A stretch of DNA of 63,014 nt, filler included, from Choristocarpus tenellus KU-1152 (taxonomy: Eukaryota > Protista > Phaeophyceae): assembly GCA_964200185.2 (NCBI GenBank). It is 9 parts of 9 records of this genome, joined end to end, with 100 filler letters (N's around TTAATTAATTAA, not from the genome) between each part and the next. Parts side by side here need not be neighbours in the genome. Positions count along the whole stretch, not along the records: positions 1 to 20,605 come from CAXNAD020000387.1; 8 more parts are not named here. One strand, written 5' to 3'. Position 1 is the stretch's first letter. Each line of letters begins with the position of its first letter. Shown here piece after piece: positions 1 to 13,745 of this stretch. The notes below the pieces were generated by a model. That model saw nothing but the letters and a program-made list of their open reading frames with translations. It was not told the origin of the DNA and searched no databases. Both the position numbers and the translations under genes were made by a program.

Positions 1-173
1 TAATTTATGTCAAACTGACTAATTTATGTCAAACTGACTAATTTATGTCAAACTGACTAATTTATGTCAAACTGACTAATTTATGTCAAACTGACTAATT
101 TATGTCAAACTGACTAATTTATGGCAAACTGACTAATTTATGGCAAACTGACTAATTTATGGCAAACTGACTA
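1..173. repeat. 19-bp minisatellite (TAATTTATGTCAAACTGAC), ~9 copies
   Basis: Direct tandem copies at the window start; the last three carry a T>G change. Confidence 0.95.
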
Positions 174-277
174 AAACTGACTAAGCACTCCTTCGATATT
201 TACTTGTAAGACATATGACTAGCACAGCTATTCTGCTTATCTCAATTGGCTGCATCTCTCCCTGCCCCCCCGTCAAG

Positions 278-3200
278 GTAAGTTTGGAGCTCATGTCTGT
301 GACTATTGAACAGGCTATTGACTTCTCTCGTCTCCTGGACCAGAACAAACTCAAGCCCAAGAGGGGCAGTGTTGATCTGCATGGCCTCATCTCCAAGTGT
401 GAGAAGGTTTGTTTCTGTTATTGTTTTTTCTTACCATGTTGCTGCCCCAGTTTGGGTCTGGGATTTAGAATCTAGACAATGTGGCCTTACTTTTTGGGCA
501 TCTCATTTGCTGCATAATATGAGAAAGGGTTTATGTGTGTGGCATTGAGGAGTGTTTGTACATGGATCCGTCAATGTGCTGCACAGATTGGTGATTAATT
601 GTGTGCTTCTGAGAGTATGAATCAATCGTAGGTATTTGGTGTGTGTAATAAATGCTGGGCAAGTAGCAGATCTTCTAGCCAAGAGTGTAGGTGAGTTCTC
701 CCAAGTCTACCTATTCCATTGATTGACATGAACTGCTGAACATATTTGGAAATGCTGTAAATGGTCATGGTGTTGTCAGAGCAATCCTTTCAGATAGCAC
801 TATTTATTTGCTACTCATTCGCTAAATCTACTCTATTTGCAATCTACATGGCACAAAGCAGAACTTAATATTTCTTCATGTCTAAAAAACCCGTTGAAAC
901 AGTGCTGGTAGAGCATTTTAGTGGACCTCCTTCTGTGCACTTTGCACTTTGGGGGGCTTTTGCAAGAGAAAATATATGACCATGTGCACTGTCTGACCCT
1001 TTCTTTGACCCTTCACCCTCTGTTAACCTCTGCCTTATGCTTGCCCCCACTCACTAATGTTTGCTATAATGCAATTGTAGATATTGTCCCACTTCACAAC
1101 GACAGTTCCTATATTGTACAGCATATCACCTCAGATTGAGAGGATGGTGATCACTGATGGGGAGTGGATCTGGCAGATGGTGAGACTACTTGTCTTTATT
1201 TTGACCGGTTATGTTTGGCCAGGGTCCTCCTGTTACAGCGATGGCAGATGCCCTTGTTGATCGACCAAAAATGTGCCTTGATTCTGTTGCGTCCTCTATT
1301 GTGTCCCTGCTGTTCCAACCGCCTATGGGCAAATGTCGTCAGTGTTGTTATTGTTGACTAAAGAGAGGTGTTATGGGTATAGAGATCAAGATAATTTCAA
1401 CGTGATTGTAGCTCAGGGGTGGAAGATGGAGGACCCAGTTTTTGAAGGAGAGATCTTGCAATGACTGGGTCGTGTTGGAACATTTTGTGCAAATGGTGTT
1501 TGTTGTATAGTTAACCTTGCACTGAAATATACTATTTTTAGAAGATGGGTCGCACATCACCCAGTTTCCTCCCCTTGCGCATCTTCACTCACCATTAGTT
1601 ACACACCATTAGTTACATTCCTATGTAGTCCTAGTGTGCAAACTGCTGTGAGAGTGAAAGTATCTTAGAGGGTATGAGTTTTGCCCTGTTTGTCCATTTG
1701 GGGCTTGGCTTACCATGGGTTTAGATATTATATTTTCCTAATCCAAAATGTTTTGGAGTAGGTAAAATGTACAAGTTATGAAGATGTGTGTCCAGTCCAC
1801 AACAAGGATACTGACACTTCCTAACAAAAACGATACCCAAAATTACATAAAAATCGCAACATTGGATTTTGGCCCCCAACTGGACGCGGCCCTACCCTCT
1901 AAGATACTTTGGCTCTGAGTGTGAAGTATGATCATATTTACATGCCTATAGAGCTTCAATTTTGAAGTATGATCAATTTTGAAGGGGATACATTCGATTA
2001 TATTCTACCTTTGAGTTGAGTAGTCCAGGAGTTGGCACTCTAATAGTCCAGGTTTTGTTTTTGTGTTGGCAAGCCCCTTTACTCTTGCAGGGTAGGAACC
2101 AAGAAATCCCTATGTTCGTTAGGGTTTCTATTACCCTGACTTTATGTACGTAACATCTATGCTCAATAGAAGAGCAGACAGATTCACCATTGACCAGGTT
2201 GTCATGATGGAAATGTTATTTGTTTGCAGTATGAGTCTCAGATTGATTCTCAGATTGATTCTCAAGTGAAACGAGAAGATTTTTCGCAGAGGAATTGAGT
2301 ATTTCTCATGAACAGATATAGATTTGGGATGGAATTTCTGAGTGCTATGGTTGGGTTTTAAGTTTGCTCAAGTGGATTGATTGCATGAATATTGTTGTGA
2401 TATTTGTGTAGTTCTTGACTGTTTTTCATAACCGTTTTTCATACTTTACAGTGCCACATTTTACTTTGTCCCTCTTTCAAGGGTTTCATCACTACTCTCA
2501 CCCCTCTTCCGCCCATCCACGTGCCCTCTCCTACCCTACATTTCCCATGCTATATCCAGTGTGTGAATCTGCTGACAAATGCTGTTAAGTATACTACGGA
2601 GGGTAGCATTAGCCTGGATATCACTCTTACATCTGGTACCAAAATAAAGCCTGAGGTTGCCAAGAATGATACACCGACCTCTGGGCATCACAAGAACACC
2701 TTGGAGTGTGAGGGGAGGGGAACAATCCCCAAGTGTTATGGTGGTGCCTTCTTGGAAGAGCTGGAGGCAGTGCACCCAGAGGATACGCTGCTGCATGAGA
2801 GGGTGAGGAACAGGGTGAGGAACACTGGGGGGGAGGGGGAGATTGATACAGAGATAGATGATGGAAATGATGGAAGTACCATCTTCCTGTGCTTTTCTGT
2901 TTCAGACACTGGAATAGGAGTGCCCGATGAGATGAAGGAGCTGCTCTTCAAGCCTTTCTCGCAGGTCCAGGCCATGCAGAGTAATGGTAAGAGCAGAGGA
3001 ATGGTAGCAAGTTCATGGGTTGGGGTGTCACATTTGTTGGATTTGTTATAGGGGTTTGTTCTCAATTTTTGAGCATGGATTGGTGATTCTTGGGAAGGCG
3101 GATGAGATATGACATGTTTTATCTGACGTCTCTAGAATTTTCATAATTAAACTATATTTCACTAACACATTTTATCTGGTGTCGCTAGAATTTTTGAGTT

Positions 3201-6200
3201 TTACCATTTCCAAGTGCTGATTACGTTGGTGCATGGAGTATATTGTGGAGTATATTGTGGTGTGAAGAGATATCACAAATAAGACTAAACCCACAAAATG
3301 AAAGAAAAATCAGCCATTTCTGTGGTGAAGAAGATTCTGTTTGGTGTAACTTTATGGTGTAACTGTATGGTAGAAGGAGCAAAATGAAACAATGGTGTAC
3401 TGAATGAGCAGTTCCCCTCATCCCCAAACTGTGGTAATGTTAGCATCACTGGAACTGGAGTCTAGAGGGAGTGATCAGAAGGATCAAATGGTAGAATGGG
3501 AGGGACAAAAAAGACTACTACAGAGGAACGTTAACACTGGACCTTACACCATAGTGTATAGACCAGCAGACTTGTTTCTTCCCAGTGTTTTGCTCTACTA
3601 TCATTCACTATCCATGGACTTTTGTAACAGAAAGCTGCAACGCAGACTGGTTGCATATGGTAGGTTTAGTTCATGGCTGCCCTTCCTTCTCATGATTTGC
3701 AGTCCTTACCTCACTAGACTGGAAGGGAAAAATATCCCTATCAGTCAGAAAGTTTGATGCCTGTCTTGATGGACTGAGACTGCTGCCTCATATGAACAGA
3801 TGACCTTTTCCCCGCAAAGGGAGAGGATGGATTACCATCCCAGTTAAAGGATTCGTTGCAGGACTCACCTCCCGCCTGCCCTACATGTTACCTGCAGTGC
3901 ATTTAGCTGCATGGGGGGCGTGTGGAGCTTTTTAGGTCTCCCCATGAACCACAACCCGATCGACACTTGACTGTTTTTCCAGGGACAGGCTTAGGGTTGT
4001 ACAGTGTTATGGAAAAGGCTAATCGGTTGTCAGGCACAGCAGGGATTCGGGACAATGTGCAATATCCAAGTGGATCTGTTTTCTTCTTCACAGTACCATA
4101 CTTGCCAGATCCCAGCTCTGGCCAAGTTGCCTTTGAGGTGCGACAGTATTTTTATTGTTCTCATTTGTTGACATCATTTGTTGAGGATTAATCCTTGTTT
4201 TTTTTTTTTTGTACTGAGATGGGCGCAGTCCTGTGTTTGGGACAAGTTTGTGTTATGTTTGAAACCTTTTTGGAAGGTTGTGCTTTTTTTTTTAATTTCC
4301 AATTTCCAAGGTTGTAGGTTGCAGGATTTAGGGTCAAGTGATTGATGTTAGCTTTGATGTGAAGATGTCCTTTCCCCTAATCCTACATGCCAACCTGGTT
4401 ATGTTAAATCACTTTCTTGGGACAAGGATATGATTTTTGGGTTAAACACATGGGGAAATGAAAGTTGGCAGACAATCTAAGTTATGCTGGAACAAAGGTC
4501 ATGGAGCATGAAGACTGTGGATTCAGTCTGAGGGTGCCCTTGTCTGAGGCAGAAGAAATGGAAGAGGGAGAGGTCACTGAGACTGGAGTGTTGGTGGTTG
4601 ATGACACCTCGACTGTGCTTAGCCTCATGGGGCATGCGTTGGCAAAGATGGGTTGCAAAGTTTCAACTGCATTCAATGGCAAGGTGAGTTGAAGGTTCTT
4701 TGGGGGAGGTACTGTAGGCGTAGATGTACTATTACTTGGAGGGTCATGGTGCCCACCTGCTTCTGACAGTATGCCTACAGAATGGTGTACTGCCTATTGC
4801 CCCAGGTAAGGGTGGTAATGCCATTGACCATCGAAATCCTTGTTCAGTCGGAGGGTAGATGGGTGAAAGTGGTGGATGATCTTGATCACCTTGTGCTTTG
4901 ATTACCTTGTGCTTTGATCACCTTGTACTTTGATCACCTTGTGCTTTGATCACCTTGTGCTTTGATCATGTTGTGCTTTGATCACCTTGTGCTTTGATCA
5001 CCTTGTGCTTTGTCTGATCCAACCTGTGTATCACCGTATCGTTGAACATGCAGAATTCTGGAGTATGGAATTATAGTTTGTCTTGTATCACCCCAGATTT
5101 TGTTTTGAACCTCTCCAGCATGAAATTCTGTGGTTCACCTGGTCTCCTGAGTGTGATCAGCAATCAGAGGTATTGACTGTTCTTTTTTGTTCTACTTCAG
5201 AATGGAAGGCACAGGAGAATAAAAGAATAAACTTGGAATCTCTGAATATGTCCAGGTTATTGTGATGATAGCTTGAAGTTTTGTGCTCTGAATGTGAGGT
5301 ATCGCCTCCCAAAATGGGATTATAATGGATGCATGGTCAACAGTCTAGGCAGAGTTAATAAATTATGTTTGCTAGCAACTATTTGCTAGCAACTAGTCCT
5401 CTTGGAACAACGGTATGTTCCTACTTTTTGGTTAACTTGTTGCAGGTGACCTACCAAGCTCACAAAAGATTCTTTCGTATCAGACGATATAGAATACCCG
5501 ACATTGACTAAACCAGTTTTATTTGTCTGTACTTCAAGTCCTAGCTTGACTTTGGCATGCTTTTTTGTTTTTTCGTTCTCCTTGAGTGACACCTGTACCT
5601 CTGTTGCACATACAGCACTACTGAGCTTCTTCTAGATTGTTTTGGAATACACACATGGTGTTGGTTATTATGTGTATATTATTGTGAATTGAAGTAATTC
5701 ACAGTTGTAATTTAATCAAGTAGAAAATTTTCAATTAATAACGCTCCGGCTGTTGGTGCATGAGGAAAGTAGTTTCCCTGGTGGTGACTGGCTCCACTGG
5801 AGGCGTAAAATTTGCTTGTACTCTTTCTGTTACCCCCTCAATCGCCAAAAGCATGATTTCCTGTAGGATCTGAGATGGGCTATTGCTCAGGTTTTGCTCG
5901 AGGAAAGCTTGGATGCAGTACAATACCACTACCTCGATATATTTTATTTGCTCGGTTGTACAATTGCCTATGTTGTTATGATGCCACTCTGCAATAAAGA
6001 TGGGGCCCATTCACTAGTACTCCAGGGTTTTTGCGATGAAAGTGTAAGGAGGTGGACGGTCTGTTTTATTGCCCTCCTGAAGTGATACCATTCAAAATAA
6101 GAATAAGTATAAGGGGTTAGGGAATGTCGCATGCCTGTCACGGAGGGGAGTAGTATTCAAGGTTTTTGAAATATCTTCTGGAAATTTTCGAGTTGGACAA

Positions 6201-9200
6201 AAAAAAACAAAATATGGTTGGAATCGTGGGGGCAAGCTGGATCTTATGCAGTTGGTTTGAGGTCCTAGCCCTACCTGGAAGTCAAGATACGTTTGTTTGT
6301 TTTAGGTCAAATTCAAAGGAAATACTTTTGTCCCACAAAGTAGACTGGGGGTATTTAAACTCCTGTAATATCTGCTCCAGGTCAATTCATCCCACGAAAT
6401 ATGTATGGAGTGAAAGTCGATGCCCTAATGCATTGATCAAGGTATAGCAACACCTTTGATTCACAATAAAGTGTGTAACAGGGAGGATTTTGTTTTGGGG
6501 GGTATATATATATATTTTTCATATTTAAGCGATTGTTCACTTGTTGATGATGTGAAATCTATGCCATTGTGATGCTGATACATTACTAGACTTGATGGAT
6601 ATGTTTTTGGTTGCTCAAATCGTTTTGGTTGGCAGTGCAGAGCATTTTAAGAAAAATTGTGATTGGAGTGTACTTTGAGTACTCTGAGTGTTGCTTTGTT
6701 GTCTTTTGATGTTCATGATTAAATTACAGGTGCAGATTTGTCAGCTTCAATGTTGTCATTGATAACATCTTCCACCACGAGTTCCACCTCATAATCCTGG
6801 TGGATTATCTCATTTACTCCCCCCTCTGCAGCATCCATTGGTCTTGCTAAATTGTACATATCTTTCAGTTAGCCTACAACAATTGTCAGGTTGAATATGT
6901 CTTCCCCCAATATCTTGTCCTCTGTCTTGATGTATCTGTCATCTCTCCCTGGGCATGGGCAACCACCTTGCCACAGTGTGCTGATTTCCATCCACCCTCA
7001 ATCCGATCCCTTTTAGGGTCACTGTACCACCCCAGTCTTATCTGAGCTCTCACTTAGGCAATCATTCTCCCCTTTACAATTTCCTCCTCTAAAGGATCCC
7101 TCTAAAGGATCTCTCTAAAGGATCTCTCTAAAGGATCTCTCTAAAGGGTCCCTCTAAAGGATCTCTCTAAAGGATCCCTCTAAAGGATCTCTCTAAAGGA
7201 TTCCTCGAAAGGATCTCTCTAAAGGATCTCTCTAAAGGATCCCTCTAAAGGGTCCCTCTAAAGGATCTCTCTAAAGGATCCCTCTAAAGGATCCCTCTAA
7301 AGGGTCTCTTAGTATTCAATCTCAGTATTCAATCAACAACCTTCGATAATGTGTTTTCCTTTTGTCTGTCAGATGTAGGATCTTGATTTGATCTTGATTT
7401 GATCTTGATTTGATCTTGATTTGATCCCTTCTCCACACATAGACCAAGTGATGGCATCCAGACCTCTCAATGAGAGTTCCACCTCAAACTTTGTCTTCAC
7501 CCAGGTCACCAAATTCTGACGGAAATACAAAGATGAAGAGTTTCGATGATGAAGAGTTTCATCTTGTTGAGGTGTGATTCCAGGAGCTTGCACCTCTTAT
7601 TGAAGTTCACTTGAACAATCCCCCTCCCAGTCCCAGAGGTGCAAATGGTGTCCCCTTTCTCCAAGTTTTCATAATGTGGAAAACCTTGCTGAATTCCACT
7701 CCTGTTGCTAGATGGACTTTCAGAAAGACCCCCCTCATATTTATGTGGATGCCAACATCTGAATATTCAACTTAACCTACACTTATTGATGTTGGTCTCA
7801 AGTGTTCGATGAACTTGAAGCTGAAATCACAGGTTCTAGTCCCATTTCACCATTGCATATAAACATGATACATATAAAATGAGATAATTGCAACTAGATC
7901 TGACCAATTGAACTATATTTCACAAATGATGGAATTGAAAAGTGCCTAGAAAGTGAGATAAAATCTTGATTGGTACGTCCCTCCATAATAGTGTATCCTA
8001 CTGGCTCTATGGGTGTGGCATTTGGCTACCCATTGTTAAACATTTATTTTTTTCTGTGCGTCTTCCAGCAACTTCCTCAATCCTCAACCTTGGTATGAAT
8101 CCTTTCAAGCCCCCTAGAAACCTTTTCATTGACCCTGCAAGCGGACTGGATGTTTTCTCTATTGCAGGAAGCTCTCCTGAGGTTACAATTGGAAACATTT
8201 GCCTTGGTCCTGACTGATCTGCAGATGCCTATATTAGATGGTGAGGGGCCAAGGTTCCGACTTTAAGAATATTCTCGACTGTAAGACCAAGAAAATTTCA
8301 ATTTCCTTCATATGTTAGAAATTTGGTTCACTCAAGCTGGGCCTAGAATGGATACCTTGCTATGATTACTCAACACAACTAGCTGCTTTTAAAAAATGAA
8401 ATAATTTGTGACTGATGTTGTGTGTGCATTGCTATGGCTGCCTCACTCCGTCCCAGAAAATTTAATACTGAAGTGGTAATCGACAAATGAAAATGGTTTA
8501 TATGTGTATTGTGATTGGAAACAATTGTTATATTAAACTGAGGATCGTATTGCTGCTGCAGTGTAGTGCAAAGCACACAATTGTGATTTAGGAAATTGAA
8601 TTAAATGCTTTTGTGTGACCGTGATTTTCACTGGCTGTTGAAGCTATTTTTTTCAAGATGATTGCTAAACGCATTTGATACTGTTATATGTGTATAGCTG
8701 TTCAGCACTCATAGTATGCACGGTTATGTGTGTTCGGGGACTTACTGGATTAGCCTTGCCATGTAGTTCATCAGAACAATTTGTGTGTTATAGTTTTGTG
8801 TGTTATAGTTTTGTGTGTTATAGTTTGTGCAGTATAGTTTGTTATTGTTGAGACTGGTTAGCAGTGTATTCACATACTGCCTTATTGTTGTGATGGGTGT
8901 GATCTGCTGGTATTGGTGTGGTGAGTCTGTGCACATGGTATGCTCTCCCTCTCCTAGTATTGTTTCCTCCCTCTAGTTTTGTGATTGCCATCCTCTCCTC
9001 TCTTGATCACATTACATAGGACTGGAGTTTGTGCGTCGATTTCGCAAGTGGGAGCTGGCACATCGTGTTGGGGTAAAGCGGCAGATGATTGTGGGAATGT
9101 CTGCTAACACAGACACTGCAGATATTGAGGTGGGTGCTGGTTCCAAGTACTGTGGTACAAACCTTGGTTTTCTAGGACTTAGGTATGGAGGACCACAAAA

Positions 9201-10688
9201 GAAAATGTTTTGAGGTGGGAATACTTGTGCCCTTCGTGCTGTAGTTGATTATTTTTCATCCCGATGGATCTACAATATGTACTTAGCTTCCCTTTTTACA
9301 CGTTTTCCCCCCATAGTGTAGCTGTATGGGAATAAACATGCTCTATAGGTTTCTCAGTGGCTTTGTGGCATTGGCGGTAGTTGGAACTTCCACTGCAAGG
9401 CACTTGACTGTGCTGCATTATGTATTTGCTCCTCATCATGGTTTGTCCTCAAAGCATGCGTGGGAAAAGTGCTTTGTTGAGCAGGTTTTCGTTCATGGGT
9501 AAGGGGGTCATGGGCATGTGATTGAGTGAGACGATTTTGTCAGTATAGAATGAATCAAAATACTCTATGTTTGATGTAGTGTGTGTTGAGGGAAAGGCAT
9601 GTAGAATCAAGGGATCACTACAAACACTTCTTGGAAGCAATGCTCCATACAGGATTTACGCCTCTCCTACCAATGCTCTTGAGAGTGCATGGCAAAGACA
9701 GAAGAATTGCCACCAGTATCATTGTACAAGGAGGGCAGGTGGAAGATGGATATTGCAGGGATTGGCATGCATGCATCTTGAGGTGATTCATCACATCTAC
9801 TTGGAGTTACCCCTCCCAGGCAGACAGTATTTGTACTGAATTCAAACAAGTCAAGGACGATTTTCAAATTGTGTCCACTCCCATACGCCTGTTCACAGAT
9901 GTGTCGACAAAGTGGCATGGATGGGTTCTTTCCCAAGCCTATTAACCTCAGGACACTTACAGACATTGTAGCCACTTTTTGCAGAGGGATTGACGCGTGT
10001 GATGAGACAACTTTTTGTGCAAGCGGTCGTGACACCTCATCATGGTCAAGACAACCCTGCTGCAGAGTGCCCACTCATCAGGTGAGAAAACCTGTACTGC
10101 TGGTAGAAAATGCATACATTATACATTATGTATGTAACGAAAATGCATACATTATACATTATGTATGTAAAAAAAATGCATACATTGTACATTATGTACA
10201 TAACGAAAACGGGCCCTCTTGTTTTCTTGAGCATGCATCAGGAAAATGATTTAGTATCAGGTTATGAATTGAATACCTGTATTAATACCTGTATTTTTTT
10301 GTTACCTCAAGATGTGTATAGTTTGGAAACAAAGTGTATGCATTCCGAAGTATTTATTTTTTCACATGTTGAATATGGGACAAATTCTATTCTAGGTTGC
10401 TCACTGTAGTATGAAAACGTCTACAATAGACAGTGAGGGTTGATTGTATGTGTGCATCTTTGTATTGATCCCATTTTAAACAAACCTAAGTGTGGAGACC
10501 AGTGTTGTACTCGACGTGTTCTCTCTTTAAACCTTCAATGCGTTTTCCGTATGCGATGTTGCCTATTGAGCCAGGTGCCAGCACACAGCAAGTGCTTGTC
10601 ACCTGATGTAGAGTGTTACTGGGTGGTGCATTTGCCTCACAGAAGTACTTGCTCTTCCCGGCCACCAAAGACTGGTGACTTTTGTTAG
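278..10688 (+). CDS. Hybrid sensor histidine kinase (end of HisKA, HATPase_c, receiver), 5'-truncated. Exons 278-406, 1081-1179, 2560-2986, 3983-4137, 4498-4683, 8168-8240, 9020-9129, 9899-10081, 10575-10688
   Basis: GT..AG exons join in phase. Motifs: ELMSVTIEQAIDFSR; TDGEWIWQM|CVNLLTNAVKYT (N-box); VSDTGIGVP (G1); LFKPFSQ (F); GTGLGL (G2); receiver VLVVDD, LVLTDLQMPILDG, GMSA, FPKP. The exon 5 acceptor and the last exon are less certain. Confidence 0.9.
1652..1915 (+). mobile_element. MITE family 1 (Sola-like), copy 1, in a kinase intron
   Basis: TIRs GAGTGAAAGTATCTTAGAGGGTA ... TACCCTCTAAGATACTTTGGCTC; 3-bp TSD TGA/TGA. Confidence 0.92.
4884..5012. repeat. 16-bp tandem repeat (GATCACCTTGTGCTTT), ~8 copies
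   Basis: Direct tandem copies in an intron. Confidence 0.92.
6125..6480 (+). mobile_element. Probable solo LTR
   Basis: Starts TGTCGCA and ends TGTAACA (TG..CA, imperfect inverted ends). AATAAA lies just before the end. The flanks GGGAA/GGGAG resemble a 5-bp TSD with one mismatch. Confidence 0.5.
7087..7309. repeat. 13-bp minisatellite (CTCTAAAGGATCY), ~17 copies
   Basis: Direct tandem copies in an intron. Confidence 0.93.
7379..7425. repeat. 11-bp tandem repeat (GATCTTGATTT) x4
   Basis: Direct tandem copies. Confidence 0.88.
10108..10208. repeat. 33-bp tandem repeat x3 (AAAATGCATACATTATACATTATGTATGTAACG)
   Basis: Direct tandem copies in the last kinase intron. Confidence 0.88.
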
Positions 10689-11399
10689 GGATCCTAGAAC
10701 AACCAAAACTGGTGACATGAAATTGACTCTGATCAGAAGAGGTTCTTCTTATTCACGGAGAGGAAGTAGGGCGAAAGGTCAGTCAACCTCGAGGCCTCTC
10801 TTGTAAATTCTGAGTTCTAAATTGCGTTAAAGTAGACCTCTCACCACTTTGCTCAACTTGTGAGCCAAAATAGTTCATTTGAAGGAATGGTAACGATGTG
10901 GTCACTATCACTCACTGATTGTCTTTGACTGGTCCATCCGAACAATTAGCTGCAGCAGAACAAAACCAAGAAACAACCATTTTGTAGGTGATAATCTAGG
11001 AACTGTTTGTTGATCTAGGCATGGAACTGCGAAAAGCAAGCAGGGTACATGCTAACGAAGGCGAGTCTTCCAGTGAATACAAGAACTTGTGCTTTAATTT
11101 CTGATCACATTTTTGGTTTCATACAAACCTCCACTGGGTGTACTTGATATACTTACAGGAGCTAGAGGTTTGTAGACGCAGAATGGAGACTGTAATCTGG
11201 ACGTTTTAATATTTTGTTGGCAATAGTTTCAGTTATCTATGCATTCCTTGCTACTGTGGGACCAGTGGGCAGGACCTGTTGTTTCAGTTTGTGTTTCCCA
11301 GGCAAGGTCTCAAGTCCTCATTTTGTCATGCGGAGGATTGGTTGTGGTCTTGTAGCAGGTGCATAGTTACTTACTCGCCTATATGCACAACTAAAGAGG

Positions 11400-12812
11400 C
11401 AATATTTCAAACCTGTCCTCTCAATCATTTTCCCAAGTCGGACTCTTGTATTTTTCCACTTTTTTGCAATAATTTATTTCATACTCAAGAGTACATGATA
11501 TGTGAGACGTTGTCAGGATGATGATTTGCATCAGGGAGTTGTATTACTTGGCACACAATTTTGAATAGCACCAAGGGCACCAAGAGGATACGGGGTCATT
11601 GCAGGCTGCATTCGAATGTCCAGGGGGCACCGGTAACCTTGTCATACATCCAGTAATGCTGCGTTATCAAACAAATCCATGGAGGTGAACAGTTAGTCCT
11701 GTGAAGTGCATTTAATTGTTTTACTCACATCCGCTCTACCCTTCACGCTACACCTGCCCCAATTCTTGATTTCCGATCTCCAAAGGGACATATCTCCAAT
11801 CCACCTGGCACTCCTGGCAGTGAGGTTCGGTTTTTTGTGTTCTGAGTATGGAGAATATGTATTTGTGAGAATACCGTTTACACGAAGGGTAGTCTCCCTC
11901 ACTAGAGAGCACTAAAGAGCACTAAAGAGACAGGAGTGAGCGGAGAGAGTTGCGGAAGGCAGGTTAGGTGTGTGCTGGCCTCGGCGGATAAGCAAAGCCA
12001 CACCACAATGTGTTCCTGTGTATCTGTGAAGAGGATTCTTTCTCTCCACCTATTGATTTTCTTGTGTATGGTGCTGAACAGCTTCTTTCTCATGTGATTG
12101 CTTCTTGTATCATTGATGTTTTGTGGATGCTTCAGGTCTACCATGTCTGATGGATCCTGTTTGCAAACCATCTGTCTTTGTCCTTGAAATGCTTCGAATT
12201 GATCGTTGGTATTTTAGTATATATTATCCATCATGTCAAGTTGATGTCAATCATATTCGAAGAGGAGTCAACCCATTGCAATGAATCGTGTGTCCTTTTG
12301 ATTCATTGCTCAAACACCAAACTTCCGTGATCCCTAGTAAGCTATGGAGCAATAAATAACTCTCTGTTCTGTCACTTCGCTGGGTATTTTCACCACACTC
12401 TTGGCTGGGTTGGAACTCTCTTACTCACCACTACCACTGAATCTTGCAGTCCAATGCTTGCCGTTGTTGCAATGGCTGGTCAAGCACACTGGCATGCAGC
12501 TCAACAATGCTACTACACAGTAAGTGCTACTACACAGTAAGTGCTACTACACAGTAAGTGCTACTACACAGTAAGTGCAATCAGAACGGTGCATGGTCAC
12601 TATATTTAGGTAGTTGGAAAGTACATCTAATGCAATCAGTAGCCTGAAAGGTTGACCAGAGACAAGATCTCTTATTCTGGCTGTAGGAGTGATGGCAGTT
12701 GTTTGTTTTCGCCCTCTAAAGAGTGGTCGAACCATATGCACAAGGAGCCACAGGGGTCCTGATTACTCAACGGCACTCCTCTTGAAGTTGAAATTGCCCA
12801 CCACAAAATCCC
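11400..12812 (-). mobile_element. Highly decayed LINE remnant (APE endonuclease region)
   Basis: The minus strand at 12580-12810 gives VVGNFN (cf. GDFN), LDVL and SDHAP, interrupted by stops and frameshifts. Boundaries are approximate. Confidence 0.4.
12509..12578. repeat. 17-bp tandem repeat (TGCTACTACACAGTAAG) x4
   Basis: Direct tandem copies. Confidence 0.9.
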
Positions 12813-13019
12813 TCTTTTCCTTTTTCAGTGCATAAACAGTGGTTGCTTACAATCGAGAATAGCTGATTTTATGAGAACGAGCTTCAAGGAATTTGACAGG
12901 AGCAGTGCCTCTAGAGTTATGCATGGTGAACTATTGGAAACGTTGTTCCTTGTGTAGATTGTGTTGTTGTCTGAGGTGGTTGATGTGTGATTTTGTGGTA
13001 GGAATGCCCTGGTTCTATT

Positions 13020-13278
13020 GAGTGAAATCATCTTAGAAGGTACGAGTTTTACCCTGTTTGTCCATTTGGGGCTTGGCTTCCTATGTTTTTTTTTCATGAC
13101 ATTTTCCTCTCCAACATTTTTTCGGAGTAGGTAAAATGTGTATGTTATGAAAAGGTGTGCCTGAAACAAGGATATTGACACTTCCTAACAAACACGATAA
13201 CCAAAATTACATCAAAATCGCACATTGGATTTTGACCCCCAAATGGACGCGGCCCTACCCTCTAACATACTTTGGCTC
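13020..13278 (+). mobile_element. MITE family 1, copy 2
   Basis: Same TIRs and internal sequence as copy 1; 3-bp TSD ATT/ATT. Confidence 0.92.
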
Positions 13279-13745
13279 ATTTTTAATCCATTCCATCCCA
13301 GGTCGTTCTTTTCTCCCGAAAAATTCAGTCCACCTATGTGGATGCATATTATTCTCTTTTGAGTACTGTCATGGCGTTACCACAAATGTTTCTTTATAGA
13401 AAGCGATTCCGACTTAATTTCTTTTAAATCGTGAATTGTTCTGTGTCCGCTCTTCTAATATTCTGCGCAGAATAGCAAATATAACCCAAGTATATTTGGT
13501 TCAATGAATATGGTAAAATTGGGAGATTTCCAGAAGGTATATAATTGGAAATTTCCATGGTTCAGTACGACATAGTAAGTTACACCGCCAATATAACTAT
13601 ATACTGATGACGATACATACATTGTACTCAATAATGCAAAATGTGAGGGGGCATAATAATATAAAATATTGCATACTGTCATTGGTTTCTTTCACCATTT
13701 CACCAACAATAGAAATTTAACATATCTATTGTATTGTATTATTAT

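Noticed and set aside
5735-7800. Retroelement coding remnants in the kinase intron
   Set aside because: Only a faint DPTGNHAF-like motif is visible; too decayed to assign without a search.
13157-13399. Recurrent small ORFs with LTLPNKH / PKWTRLYPLRYFGS (also 42014, 44780, 54505)
   Set aside because: These are chance translations of the non-coding MITE, and the frames are not conserved between copies.
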